Positions 9,087-18,780 of a stretch of 46,453 nt of DNA are shown here, in pieces. The stretch lies in sequence record SRR20825019_1820. The stretch is one strand, 5' to 3'. The first letter of the stretch is position 1. Each line of letters starts with the position of its first letter. Made by a program: the position numbers and the translations under genes. Under the pieces are notes generated by a model. It ran no database searches. It saw only the letters and a list, made by a program, of their open reading frames with translations, and was not told where the DNA came from.

Positions 9087-9941
9087 ATGAGTGCTGAACG
9101 ACCGTCACTGGCGGAATTACTCGACATTGAAGTGACAATTGATGTTGTCGATATCGGCGCCAATCCGATCGCGAGCGATGGGCGCCCGCCTTACCAGGAC
9201 CTTCTTGAAAGCGGAAGGGCACGTCTTGTCGGGTTTGAGCCTAATAAGGATGCCCTGGCGGAGCTTCAGGCGCGGAAAAGTGCGCATGAAACCTATCTTC
9301 CCTATGCCGTTTATGACGGGACTGAGCAGAATCTTAAAATATGCAAGGCGCCGGGGATGACCTCCCTGCTGGAGCCGAACCCTACGGTCTTGAACTGCTT
9401 TCATGGCTTCGACGAATGGGCGCAGATCATCGGCCGGGAGACAATCCCGACCGTGCGCCTGGATGATGTTGATGAGATCGGTAATCTCGACTTTCTGAAA
9501 ATCGACATTCAGGGGGCGGAGCTGGAGGTCTTCCGGAATGGAACCGACAAGCTCGCAAATTGTCTGGTTATCCAGTCGGAAGTCGAATTCATGCCGATGT
9601 ACGAGAACCAGCCGTTATTCTCCGACGTCGATCAGTTCTTGCGGAAGCAGGGCTTCATGCTGCACCGCTTCGTTGAGCAGATCAGCAGAGTGGTGAAGCC
9701 GCTCACCGTCGACAACAATCCCTATGCAGGCCTCAGTCAGCTCGTGTGGTCGGACGCCATATTCATTCGCGATATCACCCGGCTTGATGTGCTGACTCCC
9801 GCCCAGTTGCTGAAAATCGCACTGATCCTGCATGACGCCTACCGTTCCTACGATGTCGTGCTCCGCGCGCTGTTGACCCGCGATGCCATGCTTGGAACTA
9901 GGCTCGGCGAGGCCTATCTGCGGAAACTGGAAAGGCACTAG
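9087..9941 (+). CDS. FkbM family methyltransferase
   Basis: VVDIGANP, VGFEP, TVRLDD, DFLKIDIQGAELEVF, EVEF.PMY..QPLF; start moved to the ATG at 9087. Confidence 0.9.
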   Translation: MSAERPSLAELLDIEVTIDVVDIGANPIASDGRPPYQDLLESGRARLVGFEPNKDALAELQARKSAHETYLPYAVYDGTEQNLKICKAPGMTSLLEPNPTVLNCFHGFDEWAQIIGRETIPTVRLDDVDEIGNLDFLKIDIQGAELEVFRNGTDKLANCLVIQSEVEFMPMYENQPLFSDVDQFLRKQGFMLHRFVEQISRVVKPLTVDNNPYAGLSQLVWSDAIFIRDITRLDVLTPAQLLKIALILHDAYRSYDVVLRALLTRDAMLGTRLGEAYLRKLERH

Positions 9942-10029
9942 TGCACCCGAATAGCGCAGCCCGGACTTGTCCCGGCTGAGGATAGCGGCCACGCTCCCTT
10001 CCAGAAAATAATCCAGTTGGGGAAGCGGG

Positions 10030-11253
10030 ATGGCGTCGACGGAATTCGATTTTGAGACAGTAATGCGGCCAGGCCTGCCGGGGCCTGCGGGACGGTGGAG
10101 CGGTTTTCCGGATTTCAATTTTGTTGGTGGACATAACGCGCCGGAAAACATCCCGACCGATGCGTTGATCGAGGCGGCGACACGCGTTCTGAAGCGCGAG
10201 GGACTAACGCTCGCCACCTACAGTCTGGAAAGCGGCCCGCAGGGATATCGTCCGCTGCGTGAATTTTTGGCGACCAAGCTGGGACGTGACGCGGGCATGA
10301 CCTGTTCGGCGGACGATATTTTGCTGACGTCGGGCTCCCTGCAGGGACTTGATCTGATCAATGAAGTCATGCTGGCGCCGGGCGATACCGTGCTCATTGA
10401 AGAGGCGACCTATGGCGGTTGCCTGACCCGGTTTCAGCGGCTTGGGGTGACGGCTGTCGGTATAAAGCTGGATGAGCAGGGCATGCGGACGGATCATCTG
10501 GCCGAGACCTTGGAGAAGCTGGCGGCCGAGGGGACGAAGCCAAAATTCATCTACGTCATCCCGACTGTGCAAAACCCGACGGCGTCCATCATGCCGCTGG
10601 AAAGGCGCAAGGAATTGCTGCGGCTGGCAGAACAGTACGACGTCGCGGTGATCGAGGATGAATGTTACTCGGATCTGATATGGGACGGTCAGCGTCCTCC
10701 CGCACTGCATGCGCTGGACACAACGGGGAGGGTGGTTTTCGTCGGCTCCTTCTCCAAATCCATCGCCCCGGCACTGCGCGTCGGCTTCATCGTCTCCCCA
10801 TGGCCGATCATGGCCCGCTTGCTGTCATGCAAGACGGACGCCGGATCGGGATCGCTCGAACAGATGGTGCTGGCGGAATTCTGCAACGCGCATTTCGAGT
10901 CTCATGTTGTTGCCTTGAACAAGACCCTGAAGCAAAAATGCGACGTGCTGATCGAGGCGATGGAGAAGAACTTCGGAACGGTGGCCGAATTCGAAACTCC
11001 GCCGGGCGGCATCTTCCTCTGGGTCAAGCTGCCTGCGGAGATCGATACGTCGCGCCTTGCGGCGGAAGCGGCAAAGCACGGTATCCAGGTCAATCCGGGC
11101 GCCGAATGGTCCATCGAGGGGCCGGGCGCGAAACGGGCGATCCGGATCTGTTACGCCAACCCGCCGCTTGAGACGATCCGCGAAGGGATCGCCGCGCTGG
11201 CGGAAGTGTGCCGGAAGGAATTCGGCCTGCCGAAGACCATCGCGAACGCCTGA
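10030..11253 (+). CDS. PLP-dependent aminotransferase class I/II (ARO8/MocR-like, no HTH)
   Basis: GY.PLRE, YVIPTVQNPT, IEDECY, GSFSKSIAPALRVG, PGGIFLW. Confidence 0.93.
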   Translation: MASTEFDFETVMRPGLPGPAGRWSGFPDFNFVGGHNAPENIPTDALIEAATRVLKREGLTLATYSLESGPQGYRPLREFLATKLGRDAGMTCSADDILLTSGSLQGLDLINEVMLAPGDTVLIEEATYGGCLTRFQRLGVTAVGIKLDEQGMRTDHLAETLEKLAAEGTKPKFIYVIPTVQNPTASIMPLERRKELLRLAEQYDVAVIEDECYSDLIWDGQRPPALHALDTTGRVVFVGSFSKSIAPALRVGFIVSPWPIMARLLSCKTDAGSGSLEQMVLAEFCNAHFESHVVALNKTLKQKCDVLIEAMEKNFGTVAEFETPPGGIFLWVKLPAEIDTSRLAAEAAKHGIQVNPGAEWSIEGPGAKRAIRICYANPPLETIREGIAALAEVCRKEFGLPKTIANA

Positions 11254-11272
11254 CGAATTACACGTTGAATGC

Positions 11273-12388
11273 TCAGAGCGCGCTGGAGAGGAAACTTTCC
11301 AGCGCTTTCAGACTTTCCGGAAAGTTCCGCCGGCACATGCCGAAGCGGACATGATCGTCACCCGCATCGAAACACAGGCTTGGGGCCAGCGCGATGGAGG
11401 CCTCCCGGACCAGCTGGTCGCTCAATGCCTGCGTGCCGCCGGGGCCGTGCCAGCGCGGAAAGGCGACGGTGCCCGCACCGGGCGGGATCCAGGAGAAGAG
11501 GTTGCCGTGCCGGGAGATAAAACTCTCGGCGGCCGCGATGCTGGTCTCCAGGATATCGCTGTTCCGCCGGATCAGCTTTGCCTCATTCCGCAAGGCAACA
11601 CCTGCCAGAAAAGAGATTGGTGCGGGGACGTAGCAATTGAACAGATCCTTCACCCGCTTCACCGCACCCATCGTTTGAGTATCCCGGCTGGCGAGCCAGC
11701 CGAACCGCAAACCGGGCAACCCGCAGGTCTTGGACAGACCATGCAGGGAGACCGCTTTTTCGTAACGGTCAGCGAGGTTCGGCACTGCAGTGCCAGCAGG
11801 CAGACCCGCATAAATTTCATCGGAGAGGAGCACTGTGCCGGAACGCTCCAGCAGTGCAAGGAAGGAGGAAAGATACAGCTCGTCCGGCATGAATCCGGTC
11901 GGGTTTTGCGGGAAGGTGGTGATGACGGCCTTTGCCGGCTTTGACAGCAGGCCGGCAAGTTCATCCAGGTCCGGCACCCAGTTATTCTCCGGGCGTGCCG
12001 GCCAGGGTACGATCTCCGCACCGCGCCATTCCGGCAGCAGCAGGTGTGGAGGATAGCAGGGCGTTAGCACAATCACCCGGTCTCCAGGCTCGATCAGCGC
12101 GGATGCCAAGAGGGCAAGGCCTTCATCAAGGCCGGTACTGATCAGCACGCCGTCAAACGGAACCGACTTGTATTTGTTCGCAATGGTCGTCCGAAGTTCG
12201 GCCGGGCCGAAGCGCTCAGGGTAGTCGAGCCCGAGTTTGACGAAGCGTTCCTCCGCACCCGGTTCAAGCCCGAGCAGTTCGGCCTGACCGACAGGCTCCG
12301 AAGCCGACGCACTCATCTTGTGGCGGGTGGCGATGGTCGCCGGGTCGTCGAAAAATTCCTGAAGGCCCCGCTGTCCCGTCATAACCAT
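11273..12388 (-). CDS. PLP-dependent aminotransferase class I/II
   Basis: FPQNPTG, SDEIY, HGLSKTCGLPGLRFGW, HVRFG; start more likely at 12388 or 12382 than the track start of 12556, which overlaps the SRPBCC gene. Confidence 0.9.
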   Translation of the reverse strand: MVMTGQRGLQEFFDDPATIATRHKMSASASEPVGQAELLGLEPGAEERFVKLGLDYPERFGPAELRTTIANKYKSVPFDGVLISTGLDEGLALLASALIEPGDRVIVLTPCYPPHLLLPEWRGAEIVPWPARPENNWVPDLDELAGLLSKPAKAVITTFPQNPTGFMPDELYLSSFLALLERSGTVLLSDEIYAGLPAGTAVPNLADRYEKAVSLHGLSKTCGLPGLRFGWLASRDTQTMGAVKRVKDLFNCYVPAPISFLAGVALRNEAKLIRRNSDILETSIAAAESFISRHGNLFSWIPPGAGTVAFPRWHGPGGTQALSDQLVREASIALAPSLCFDAGDDHVRFGMCRRNFPESLKALESFLSSAL

Positions 12389-12473
12389 GTCCCGCCGCCA
12401 TTCGCAAACCGATGTAATGTCTCTAGCATTGGTAACGAATAGCGGCGAGAGGGAGATGGTCAGGGGGCGTGTA

Positions 12474-12974
12474 TCAGGCGGTGGCTGCCGTGGCGGATGG
12501 AGTCTCGCCTTGCAATATCCGGTCGAGATCGCCGAAACAGTCGTCCCAGCCACCACAGATATTGAGCCGCGCGCTTTCGGTTTCCACCAGCGAATGGATC
12601 AACCGGACATGTGTGCCATCCTTCACTTCCGTGAAGGAGACGGCAACCTCGGACGCCGGTGAGACCTCGCCCTTGCCCTCTGCTGTTTCCTTATGGTGGC
12701 GCCAGGTGAAGACGAGGGTCCGGCCCGGATCAATCTCCTCATATTGTCCATGCAGGATATCGCGTTCACCGTCTTTCTCGGCGAAAGTGAAAGCCCAGCT
12801 CCCGCCGACCCTGAGATCGACTTCCGCTTTTTCCAGCGCGTGATTGCCGAACCATTGAACCAGATCCTCCGGCACGGTGAAGGCCCGGAAGATACGCTCG
12901 GGAGAAGCCGGGAAAGTGCCTTCGACAATGATCGGATCGGCACCGCGCGGTGATTTCAGATAGGCGAATGTCAT
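12474..12974 (-). CDS. SRPBCC/AHSA1 domain protein
   Basis: ASPERIFRAFT.PEDLVQWF, DLRVGGSW, LVFTW, GGWDDCF; start overlaps the ArsR stop (ATGA). Confidence 0.92.
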   Translation of the reverse strand: MTFAYLKSPRGADPIIVEGTFPASPERIFRAFTVPEDLVQWFGNHALEKAEVDLRVGGSWAFTFAEKDGERDILHGQYEEIDPGRTLVFTWRHHKETAEGKGEVSPASEVAVSFTEVKDGTHVRLIHSLVETESARLNICGGWDDCFGDLDRILQGETPSATAATA

Positions 12975-13285
12975 TTCTCTTCCTCCAGAAAACGGGCGAG
13001 GCTCTTGAAGCCATCCTCCCAGAACTGCTTGTAGGTATTGAGCCAGTCGACCGCGTTTTTCATCGGCGCTGCATTGAGGCTGCAGTAGCGGGTACGGCCG
13101 CGCTTGCGGACGGTGACGAGCCCCGCGTCGGAAAGCACACGGACATGTTTCGAGACGGCGGTCTGGGTCATGTCGAACGGTTGTGCGATGTCCGACAAGG
13201 CAACCTCTCCCGCATGCAGACGCGCCAGGATGGCCCGGCGAGTCTCATCCGAAAGGGCGGCGAAAGTTTGGTCGAGTGCTGGCAT
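12971..13285 (-). CDS. ArsR/SmtB family transcriptional regulator
   Basis: FAALSDETRRAIL, AVSKHVRVLSDAGLV, GRTRYCSL, FWE; typical ArsR-SRPBCC pair. Confidence 0.93.
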   Translation of the reverse strand: MPALDQTFAALSDETRRAILARLHAGEVALSDIAQPFDMTQTAVSKHVRVLSDAGLVTVRKRGRTRYCSLNAAPMKNAVDWLNTYKQFWEDGFKSLARFLEEEK

Positions 13286-13294
13286 TGCTTGTGC

Positions 13295-13360
13295 TCATTA
13301 GTGAACTGATTGGTTGACTATGATGGGTGCATTTTCATTAGTCAACTAAATGGTTCACTT
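13295..13360. promoter_or_regulatory. Two tandem imperfect palindromes, probable ArsR autoregulatory operators
   Basis: TCATTAGTGAACTGATTGGTTGACTA and TCATTAGTCAACTAAATGGTTCACTT, near-identical dyads directly upstream of the ArsR start. Confidence 0.7.
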
Positions 13361-13579
13361 AATTCTGGCGGAGGCGAAATAGCGCCAGCACCTTTGAAGA
13401 GCGCTTATCGAAAGCGAACCAGACTGTGGTTTTGCACGGGCAACCTGTGGGGGCGGCATTTCAGTGCGTGAAAACCGGTGTCCTTTCGGCCTTCAGGAAT
13501 GGTTGAATGGCTCGCGTGCGGTTTCGCGCCGGTGGCACGAAACATAGCGCGGGTTCAGATCATTCCGAGGGAGGTAACG

Positions 13580-14551
13580 GTGCTTGTGAAATTCATGGGA
13601 CTGGCAATTGCTCTATATGGAATTGGAGCCATCTCCACGGGGGCGGCCGAGGCACAGACCGTAAACGTGACGCCGCTTGGCAGTCATGACGGCGAGTTCT
13701 GCCGGTTCGACCGGGCGATGATGTTCGAGGACCCGGACGGTACGCGCATTCTTTATGATGCGGGGCGCACGGTAGCCGGGGCAGGCGATCCGCGTCTCGG
13801 CAAAGTGGATGCCTTGCTGGTCAGCCACATGCATGGCGACCATGTGGGGGACCGCCATATCGATGCGGTCAATGCCGGTGAATGTGGTGCGCCGGCCATG
13901 ACGAAAGTGGATGCGCCGAACACCAACAGCGTGAATATCGCGCTCGGCAAGTCCGCGCTGATTGTCACCGGCAGCGAGATGCCGAGATTTTTTGCCAGCA
14001 AGCTGAAGGCACTTGGGGGTGATCCGAAAAAATCCCAGCTCGTCCGTTTTGGCGCATCCCGCAAGGTCGGTGGTGTGACAATCACGACCGTGCCGGCGAC
14101 GCATTCCAATGGTGTGGCAGGCGCCTTTATCGGTGGAGAGCTTGGCAAACTGCTGAATGCGTCAGGTCTGACTGCCTATGCCGGCCCGCCGACAGGCTAT
14201 GTGCTGACGTTCAGCAATGGTCTGGTCGCTTATCTTTCCGGTGACACGGGGGTGACGGCGGAGCAGCGCACCGTGGTCGGTGAACAATATGGCGCCAAGC
14301 TCGTGGTCATGAATATCGGTGACACCTTTACCACCGGTCCGGCCGAGGCTGCCTTCGTCGTGAATGAGCTGATCAAGCCAGCCTCCGTGATCCCTTCGCA
14401 TGCGAACGAGATTGGTACCAAGGGAGGCAAGGTCATTGCCGGCAGCAAGACGGAGCAGTTCATGAAAGCGCTGAACGTTCCTGCGCATCTGCCGCTGAGT
14501 GGCAGGACCATGGCCTTCGACGGTGCCGGGAAATGTGCATCCGGCTGCTAG
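13580..14551 (+). CDS. Exported metallo-beta-lactamase fold hydrolase
   Basis: SHMHGDH (HxHxDH), ATHSNG, YLSGDTG, IPSH; signal peptide ending AEA; GTG start after GGGAGG. Confidence 0.88.
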   Translation: MLVKFMGLAIALYGIGAISTGAAEAQTVNVTPLGSHDGEFCRFDRAMMFEDPDGTRILYDAGRTVAGAGDPRLGKVDALLVSHMHGDHVGDRHIDAVNAGECGAPAMTKVDAPNTNSVNIALGKSALIVTGSEMPRFFASKLKALGGDPKKSQLVRFGASRKVGGVTITTVPATHSNGVAGAFIGGELGKLLNASGLTAYAGPPTGYVLTFSNGLVAYLSGDTGVTAEQRTVVGEQYGAKLVVMNIGDTFTTGPAEAAFVVNELIKPASVIPSHANEIGTKGGKVIAGSKTEQFMKALNVPAHLPLSGRTMAFDGAGKCASGC

Positions 14552-14623
14552 AAGGCTGATAGAGAAGCCCGCTCCCCGGCCGGATCTTCCCGAGAGGGGC
14601 CGGTGACCGGTGCTGTCCGGAAT

Positions 14624-15133
14624 TCAGTGCTGCAGCATCGCTACCTGTGGCCGGGGGGCGGAAAGGCTTTCGGGCGTATGATAGGTGAACTGGAACACGG
14701 CCATGACGCGTTCGATATGTCCGGGAGTACCAAACGGCAACATAAGCGACGTATAGAATTTTTGCCGTCCGCCAGCCCAAGTCGCGGGGCCACAAGTGTA
14801 GAAGGTGGCAGCCTGAGCATGACATAGGCGCAGGTTTTCGAGGGTTTCGCCCGCGCCATCGATATGGCTGATCTGCTGACCTGTAACGTCCCGTCCAACT
14901 GCCGCGCGAACGCCTGTGCCGATGATTCTGACCCGAAAGTCATCATTGTCGACAGGTTCAACAACAGCGAGCGACGATAATGCCTGGCGAGGCAAAGCTA
15001 CCGGGTCGAGCGCTGATTTTAGTGGCAGAGGGGCATTGCCTCTCGCGCTCTGCCAATATCCGAACATGGCGCGCTGTGCATCGCTGGCAAGATCCTCAAT
15101 CGAGAAGTTCGAGGCGCAATTTGATAAATTCAT
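14624..15133 (-). CDS. Stand-alone PAS domain protein (PAS_5-like)
   Basis: YWQSARG..PLP.KSALDPVALP, FRVRIIGTGVRAAVGRDVTG, LMLPF. Confidence 0.8.
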   Translation of the reverse strand: MNLSNCASNFSIEDLASDAQRAMFGYWQSARGNAPLPLKSALDPVALPRQALSSLAVVEPVDNDDFRVRIIGTGVRAAVGRDVTGQQISHIDGAGETLENLRLCHAQAATFYTCGPATWAGGRQKFYTSLMLPFGTPGHIERVMAVFQFTYHTPESLSAPRPQVAMLQH

Positions 15134-15380
15134 GGTTTATCCTTTGCCTGTCTTGATGCCGGGTTTTATGAGTTTGTCTAATATATGAACCTGTTTTGCC
15201 AATCTTTGGTGAGTATGAATCAGTTTTGACGGTGATTCGAGCCCGGGGCGCAAAATGATATTCAAACATTCAGATCGGAGAGCATTACCTGTCGCGGCAA
15301 TGTGATCGGGGTTTGAAGGAAGCTTGGTCGTTACTCGTGGCAAAACTGAAGACATTGCAAACCTTGTTCTGGAGGTCTTT

Positions 15381-15854
15381 ATGTCATTACGTCTGGTCCT
15401 GCGGTTCGGATTGATCGTTGGCGGGATTGCGTTTGGCTCTCAGTTCCTGGCTCCAGCGCCGGCTCTGGCGGGAGAAAACCCGATCTATACGGGCTTCCTC
15501 TCGAACCTCGCCGTGAATGGCTATGATCCCGTTGCGTATTTCGCGGAAGGCCGTCCGGTCGAGGGGGCGGCCGACTATGTGCTTGATTACAAGGGAGCGG
15601 AGTGGCGCTTTACGTCAGCGGAAAATCGCGAGGCGTTCCGGCAAAGTCCTGAACGCTATGCACCGCAATATGGAGGATATTGTGCCTGGGCCGTTGCCCA
15701 GGGCAGTACGGCGAAGGGCGATCCGCTGAACTGGAAGATCGTCAAGGGTAAGCTCTACCTGAATTACAACACCGACATTCAGACCCGGTGGGAGAAGAAT
15801 ATTCCTGAAAATATCCAGTCGGCGGACAGAAACTGGCCACGTGTGATCGACTGA
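15381..15854 (+). CDS. Exported YHS domain protein (YHS seleno-family, Cys form)
   Basis: AVNGYDPVAYF, WRFTSAENREAF, YAPQYGGYCAWAV, GKLYLNY; GGAGG RBS before the ATG at 15381. Confidence 0.9.
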   Translation: MSLRLVLRFGLIVGGIAFGSQFLAPAPALAGENPIYTGFLSNLAVNGYDPVAYFAEGRPVEGAADYVLDYKGAEWRFTSAENREAFRQSPERYAPQYGGYCAWAVAQGSTAKGDPLNWKIVKGKLYLNYNTDIQTRWEKNIPENIQSADRNWPRVID

Positions 15855-15948
15855 ATTTCTGTCGTGCGGAAAACCGGCCTTGGGTCGTCTCGCTATTGTC
15901 CGGTTGCTCGATTACCCTCGTCCGGAAAATACGACGGAGGGGGAAACA

Positions 15949-16830
15949 ATGTCGGAAGCAATTACGGTAATCGGACTTGGTAACGCAGGGCTGTCGGTAG
16001 CGACGGCACTGCTGAAACATGGTCCGGTCCTGGGCTATGACCGCTCGGAGGAGCGTTGCAAGCTCGCCCGGGATGCAGGTGTCGAGGTAGCAGATACGCT
16101 TGAGGGGCTCGACGGGCGTGCTCCTGTGGTGTTGTTGTCTTTGCCTAAACCGGAGGCTTCTCTTGCCGTGGCGGAGGCTCTCACCTCGTGGTCGAGCCTT
16201 CCGGAACTTGTCATAGAAACCAGCACGGTGACCCCGGATACCGCGCAGAAATCAGCCACTCTTCTGGATGCGGCCGGTGTGGGGTTTGTCGATGCTGCGA
16301 TCGCCGGTGGCGTTGCCAGCATGGCGGCTGGGGAGATCACGTTTTTCCTTGGTGGAACAGATGCAAACAAGGCGGCCGCAAAGCCGATCCTCGACCGGAT
16401 AGCCGCGAAGATTCACGATCTCGGCCCTGTGGGGGCGGGGATGGGAACGAAGGTTGTCAATAACGGCGTCATGCACGCGGTCATGGTTGTCCTGATCGAA
16501 GCCTTCGCCATGTCGCGCAAACTCGACATTCCGACGGATACGCTGGTTGAAATCCTGAACCGGGAAGAGGGCCTGTTGCGCCCCTTGATCCACAGGGTCG
16601 GGGAACGCATGCAAGACGGCAATTACGAAGGCGGGATGTCTGCCAGCAACGCGCGGAAGGATTCCGTGCTGGCACTGGAAACCGCGCAACAGCTCGGTGT
16701 GCCGATATTCGCCACCCTCGCTTCGCATACCCCCTATGAGATCGCCTGCTCGAAGGGAATGGGTAATGAGGATTACGCGGCTTTGGCAAAATTGTGGGAA
16801 GATTGGTGTGACATTGATTTCAAACGCTGA
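15949..16830 (+). CDS. Beta-hydroxyacid dehydrogenase (3-hydroxyisobutyrate dehydrogenase family)
   Basis: IGLGNAG, ETSTV.P, FVDAAIAGG, GAGMGTKVVNN, KD; RBS GGAGGGGG. Confidence 0.9.
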   Translation: MSEAITVIGLGNAGLSVATALLKHGPVLGYDRSEERCKLARDAGVEVADTLEGLDGRAPVVLLSLPKPEASLAVAEALTSWSSLPELVIETSTVTPDTAQKSATLLDAAGVGFVDAAIAGGVASMAAGEITFFLGGTDANKAAAKPILDRIAAKIHDLGPVGAGMGTKVVNNGVMHAVMVVLIEAFAMSRKLDIPTDTLVEILNREEGLLRPLIHRVGERMQDGNYEGGMSASNARKDSVLALETAQQLGVPIFATLASHTPYEIACSKGMGNEDYAALAKLWEDWCDIDFKR

Positions 16831-17013
16831 GTGGGCTTTCCTGCTTGCCTCGAAAAGCCTGCATGCCGTGTGAACTATGCGTTTGAAGATGTGCTCTTTC
16901 TGGTGTGTCCGGGTTGGTTTGTGTTACGACCGGCTGAGATAGTATTGCGATGAAAGCGGCAGCATCGGATCCGGGTCCTGTCGCTTTATCGTTCCAGGCG
17001 AGGCGGTCGCAAC

Positions 17014-17598
17014 ATGACCTTTGGGGACACAGGATCGCCTGTTGGCGAGGCGCTTGATCAGATCGCGGGCAGGCTGCGTACGGAGAGCACGCGCCTCCTG
17101 CTGCAGCACTGGCGCTCGATAATGGAAGAAAACCGGTTACCCAGCCGGAATAAAATAGATCCGTCTCAATTGGCTCCGGTTCTGCCAAGCATCTGGCTTT
17201 GTGATTTCATGCGGGAAGAGAACCGGTTCCGCTACAGGCTGACCGGTGAGAAGGTGGCGAAGCGGTTCGGCCATAAACTCTCGAAGCACTATCTGGATGA
17301 CCTTACGGACCCGAGCTATTACCCGCGGGTCCATCGCTATTACCGTAATGCGGTCGATTTTCCGGCGGTTTTGTACATTTACGGACGGCTCTACGCGGAG
17401 ACCGCGAACCCCATTCATGGCGAGCGTATTTTGTTGCCCCTCTCGGATGATGGTCTGGGTGTTCACGGGCTGATCGGCGCAACGGCGGAAATCATTCCGC
17501 GGCAGAGCAGGGAAGAGCGTTATCTGCCGGAATTTCAGAAGCATGTTTATGTCACTTTGGAAACCGGTGCCATTGTTGAGGAATCCTTACCCGTCTGA
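17014..17598 (+). CDS. Stand-alone PAS domain protein (PAS_5-like)
   Basis: HWRS ... LPSRNKIDPSQLAPVLPSIWL, RFRYRLTGEKV...FG, ERILLPLSDDG. Confidence 0.82.
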   Translation: MTFGDTGSPVGEALDQIAGRLRTESTRLLLQHWRSIMEENRLPSRNKIDPSQLAPVLPSIWLCDFMREENRFRYRLTGEKVAKRFGHKLSKHYLDDLTDPSYYPRVHRYYRNAVDFPAVLYIYGRLYAETANPIHGERILLPLSDDGLGVHGLIGATAEIIPRQSREERYLPEFQKHVYVTLETGAIVEESLPV

Positions 17599-17712
17599 GT
17601 CTGTTACCGGCCCTATCGTGGTTAAGCGTTAATCTTGACGCTAATTTTTGCTAATCTTCACTCATAGTTTGTTTCATGGTGATCAGCGGGAACGCGTTCA
17701 GGGGGGGGTAAA

Positions 17713-18078
17713 ATGTCCGCAATACTCATCGTGGACGATGACAAGTCTCTGAGGGATCTTTTGTCCCGTGTTCTGCAGGAACAGGGCCACGATGTGGCTA
17801 CCGCGGGTGAAGGAAACGAGGCGCTGGATTTGATGGCGCACACGCGGTTCGAGATGGTGATCTCCGATATCATCATGCCGGGCAAGGAAGGCATGGAGAC
17901 CATCCGCGAAATCCGGGGGCTTTATCCGGATGTACAGATCATCGCCATGTCGGCCGGTGGTTCGATGGGCAATGTGCAGGTCCTGGAATATGCCCGGATG
18001 ATCGGGGCGCATGAATCGGTCCGGAAGCCGGTGGAGCTGCCGGCCCTGATCTCCAAGGTTGAGCGGATGCTTTCCTAA
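17713..18078 (+). CDS. Single-domain response regulator (receiver)
   Basis: ILIVDDD, ISDIIMPGKEG (phospho-acceptor Asp), IIAMS, KP. Confidence 0.93.
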   Translation: MSAILIVDDDKSLRDLLSRVLQEQGHDVATAGEGNEALDLMAHTRFEMVISDIIMPGKEGMETIREIRGLYPDVQIIAMSAGGSMGNVQVLEYARMIGAHESVRKPVELPALISKVERMLS

Positions 18079-18743
18079 AAGGTCTCGTGACCAGCTTTAT
18101 GCACGGCTGTCATGGGGCCGGATTTCCGCAGCTGAAAAAGATCGGCATAGTGTCCGGCAAGGGATGTGGAGGAAACGACCATGTTTCCGTTCGTCTTCTT
18201 GCGTTCCACCCAGAGCCGGATCCCGGGCCGGTGTTCGACATGGAACCAGGCGAGCCAGGCGAACAGCAGCCGCCTGAACCAGCCGGGCATGCCGCGTTGA
18301 TCTCCGAAATCGACGATATGCAGCGTGCCGCCGGGACGGAGCAGGGTGACAGCCCGCTCCAGAGAGTCCTGCCAGGGCGGGATCATGGACAGGGAATAGG
18401 AAAATACGATGTGGTCGAAGCCGTCCGCCTCGTTGAAGGTCGCCTCCGGATCGAACCGTTCCGCATAAGCCAGTCCGAGGCGGACTCTGGCCTCCATACC
18501 GGCACGGCTTAATGAGACTTCCGCCGTTTCCAGCATTTCCGCCGAGGCGTCGATACCGAAATACCGGCAGTCCGGATAGCGCCTGGCCATCTTGATCAGA
18601 TTACGGGCCGTGCCGCAGCCTATCTCGCAGACGGTCTGCCCCGGAGCCGGTGCCAGCTCCCGGATCAGACGGTCTCGGCCAAGCAGATAGTATTTCCGGG
18701 TCAGATCGTAGAAATGCCGCTGGATCCGGTAGATCCGGTCCAT
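18075..18743 (-). CDS. btaB: Betaine lipid N-methyltransferase BtaB
   Basis: MDRIYRIQRHFYDLTRKYYLLGRD, EIGCGTARNL, FSYSLSMIP; lies directly downstream of btaA. Start uncertain (18743 or 18818). Confidence 0.88.
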   Translation of the reverse strand: MDRIYRIQRHFYDLTRKYYLLGRDRLIRELAPAPGQTVCEIGCGTARNLIKMARRYPDCRYFGIDASAEMLETAEVSLSRAGMEARVRLGLAYAERFDPEATFNEADGFDHIVFSYSLSMIPPWQDSLERAVTLLRPGGTLHIVDFGDQRGMPGWFRRLLFAWLAWFHVEHRPGIRLWVERKKTNGNMVVSSTSLAGHYADLFQLRKSGPMTAVHKAGHETF

Positions 18744-18780
18744 CTTCTCCCCGGCATCCTCGACGCCATCCTCCCCGGAT

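Noticed and set aside
13533..13548. Sigma-54 promoter-like TGGCACGAAACATAGC
   Set aside because: The GG-to-GC spacing is 11 nt rather than the required 10.
15681..15683. Selenocysteine in the YHS-family protein
   Set aside because: The codon in GGYCAW is TGT (Cys), not TGA.
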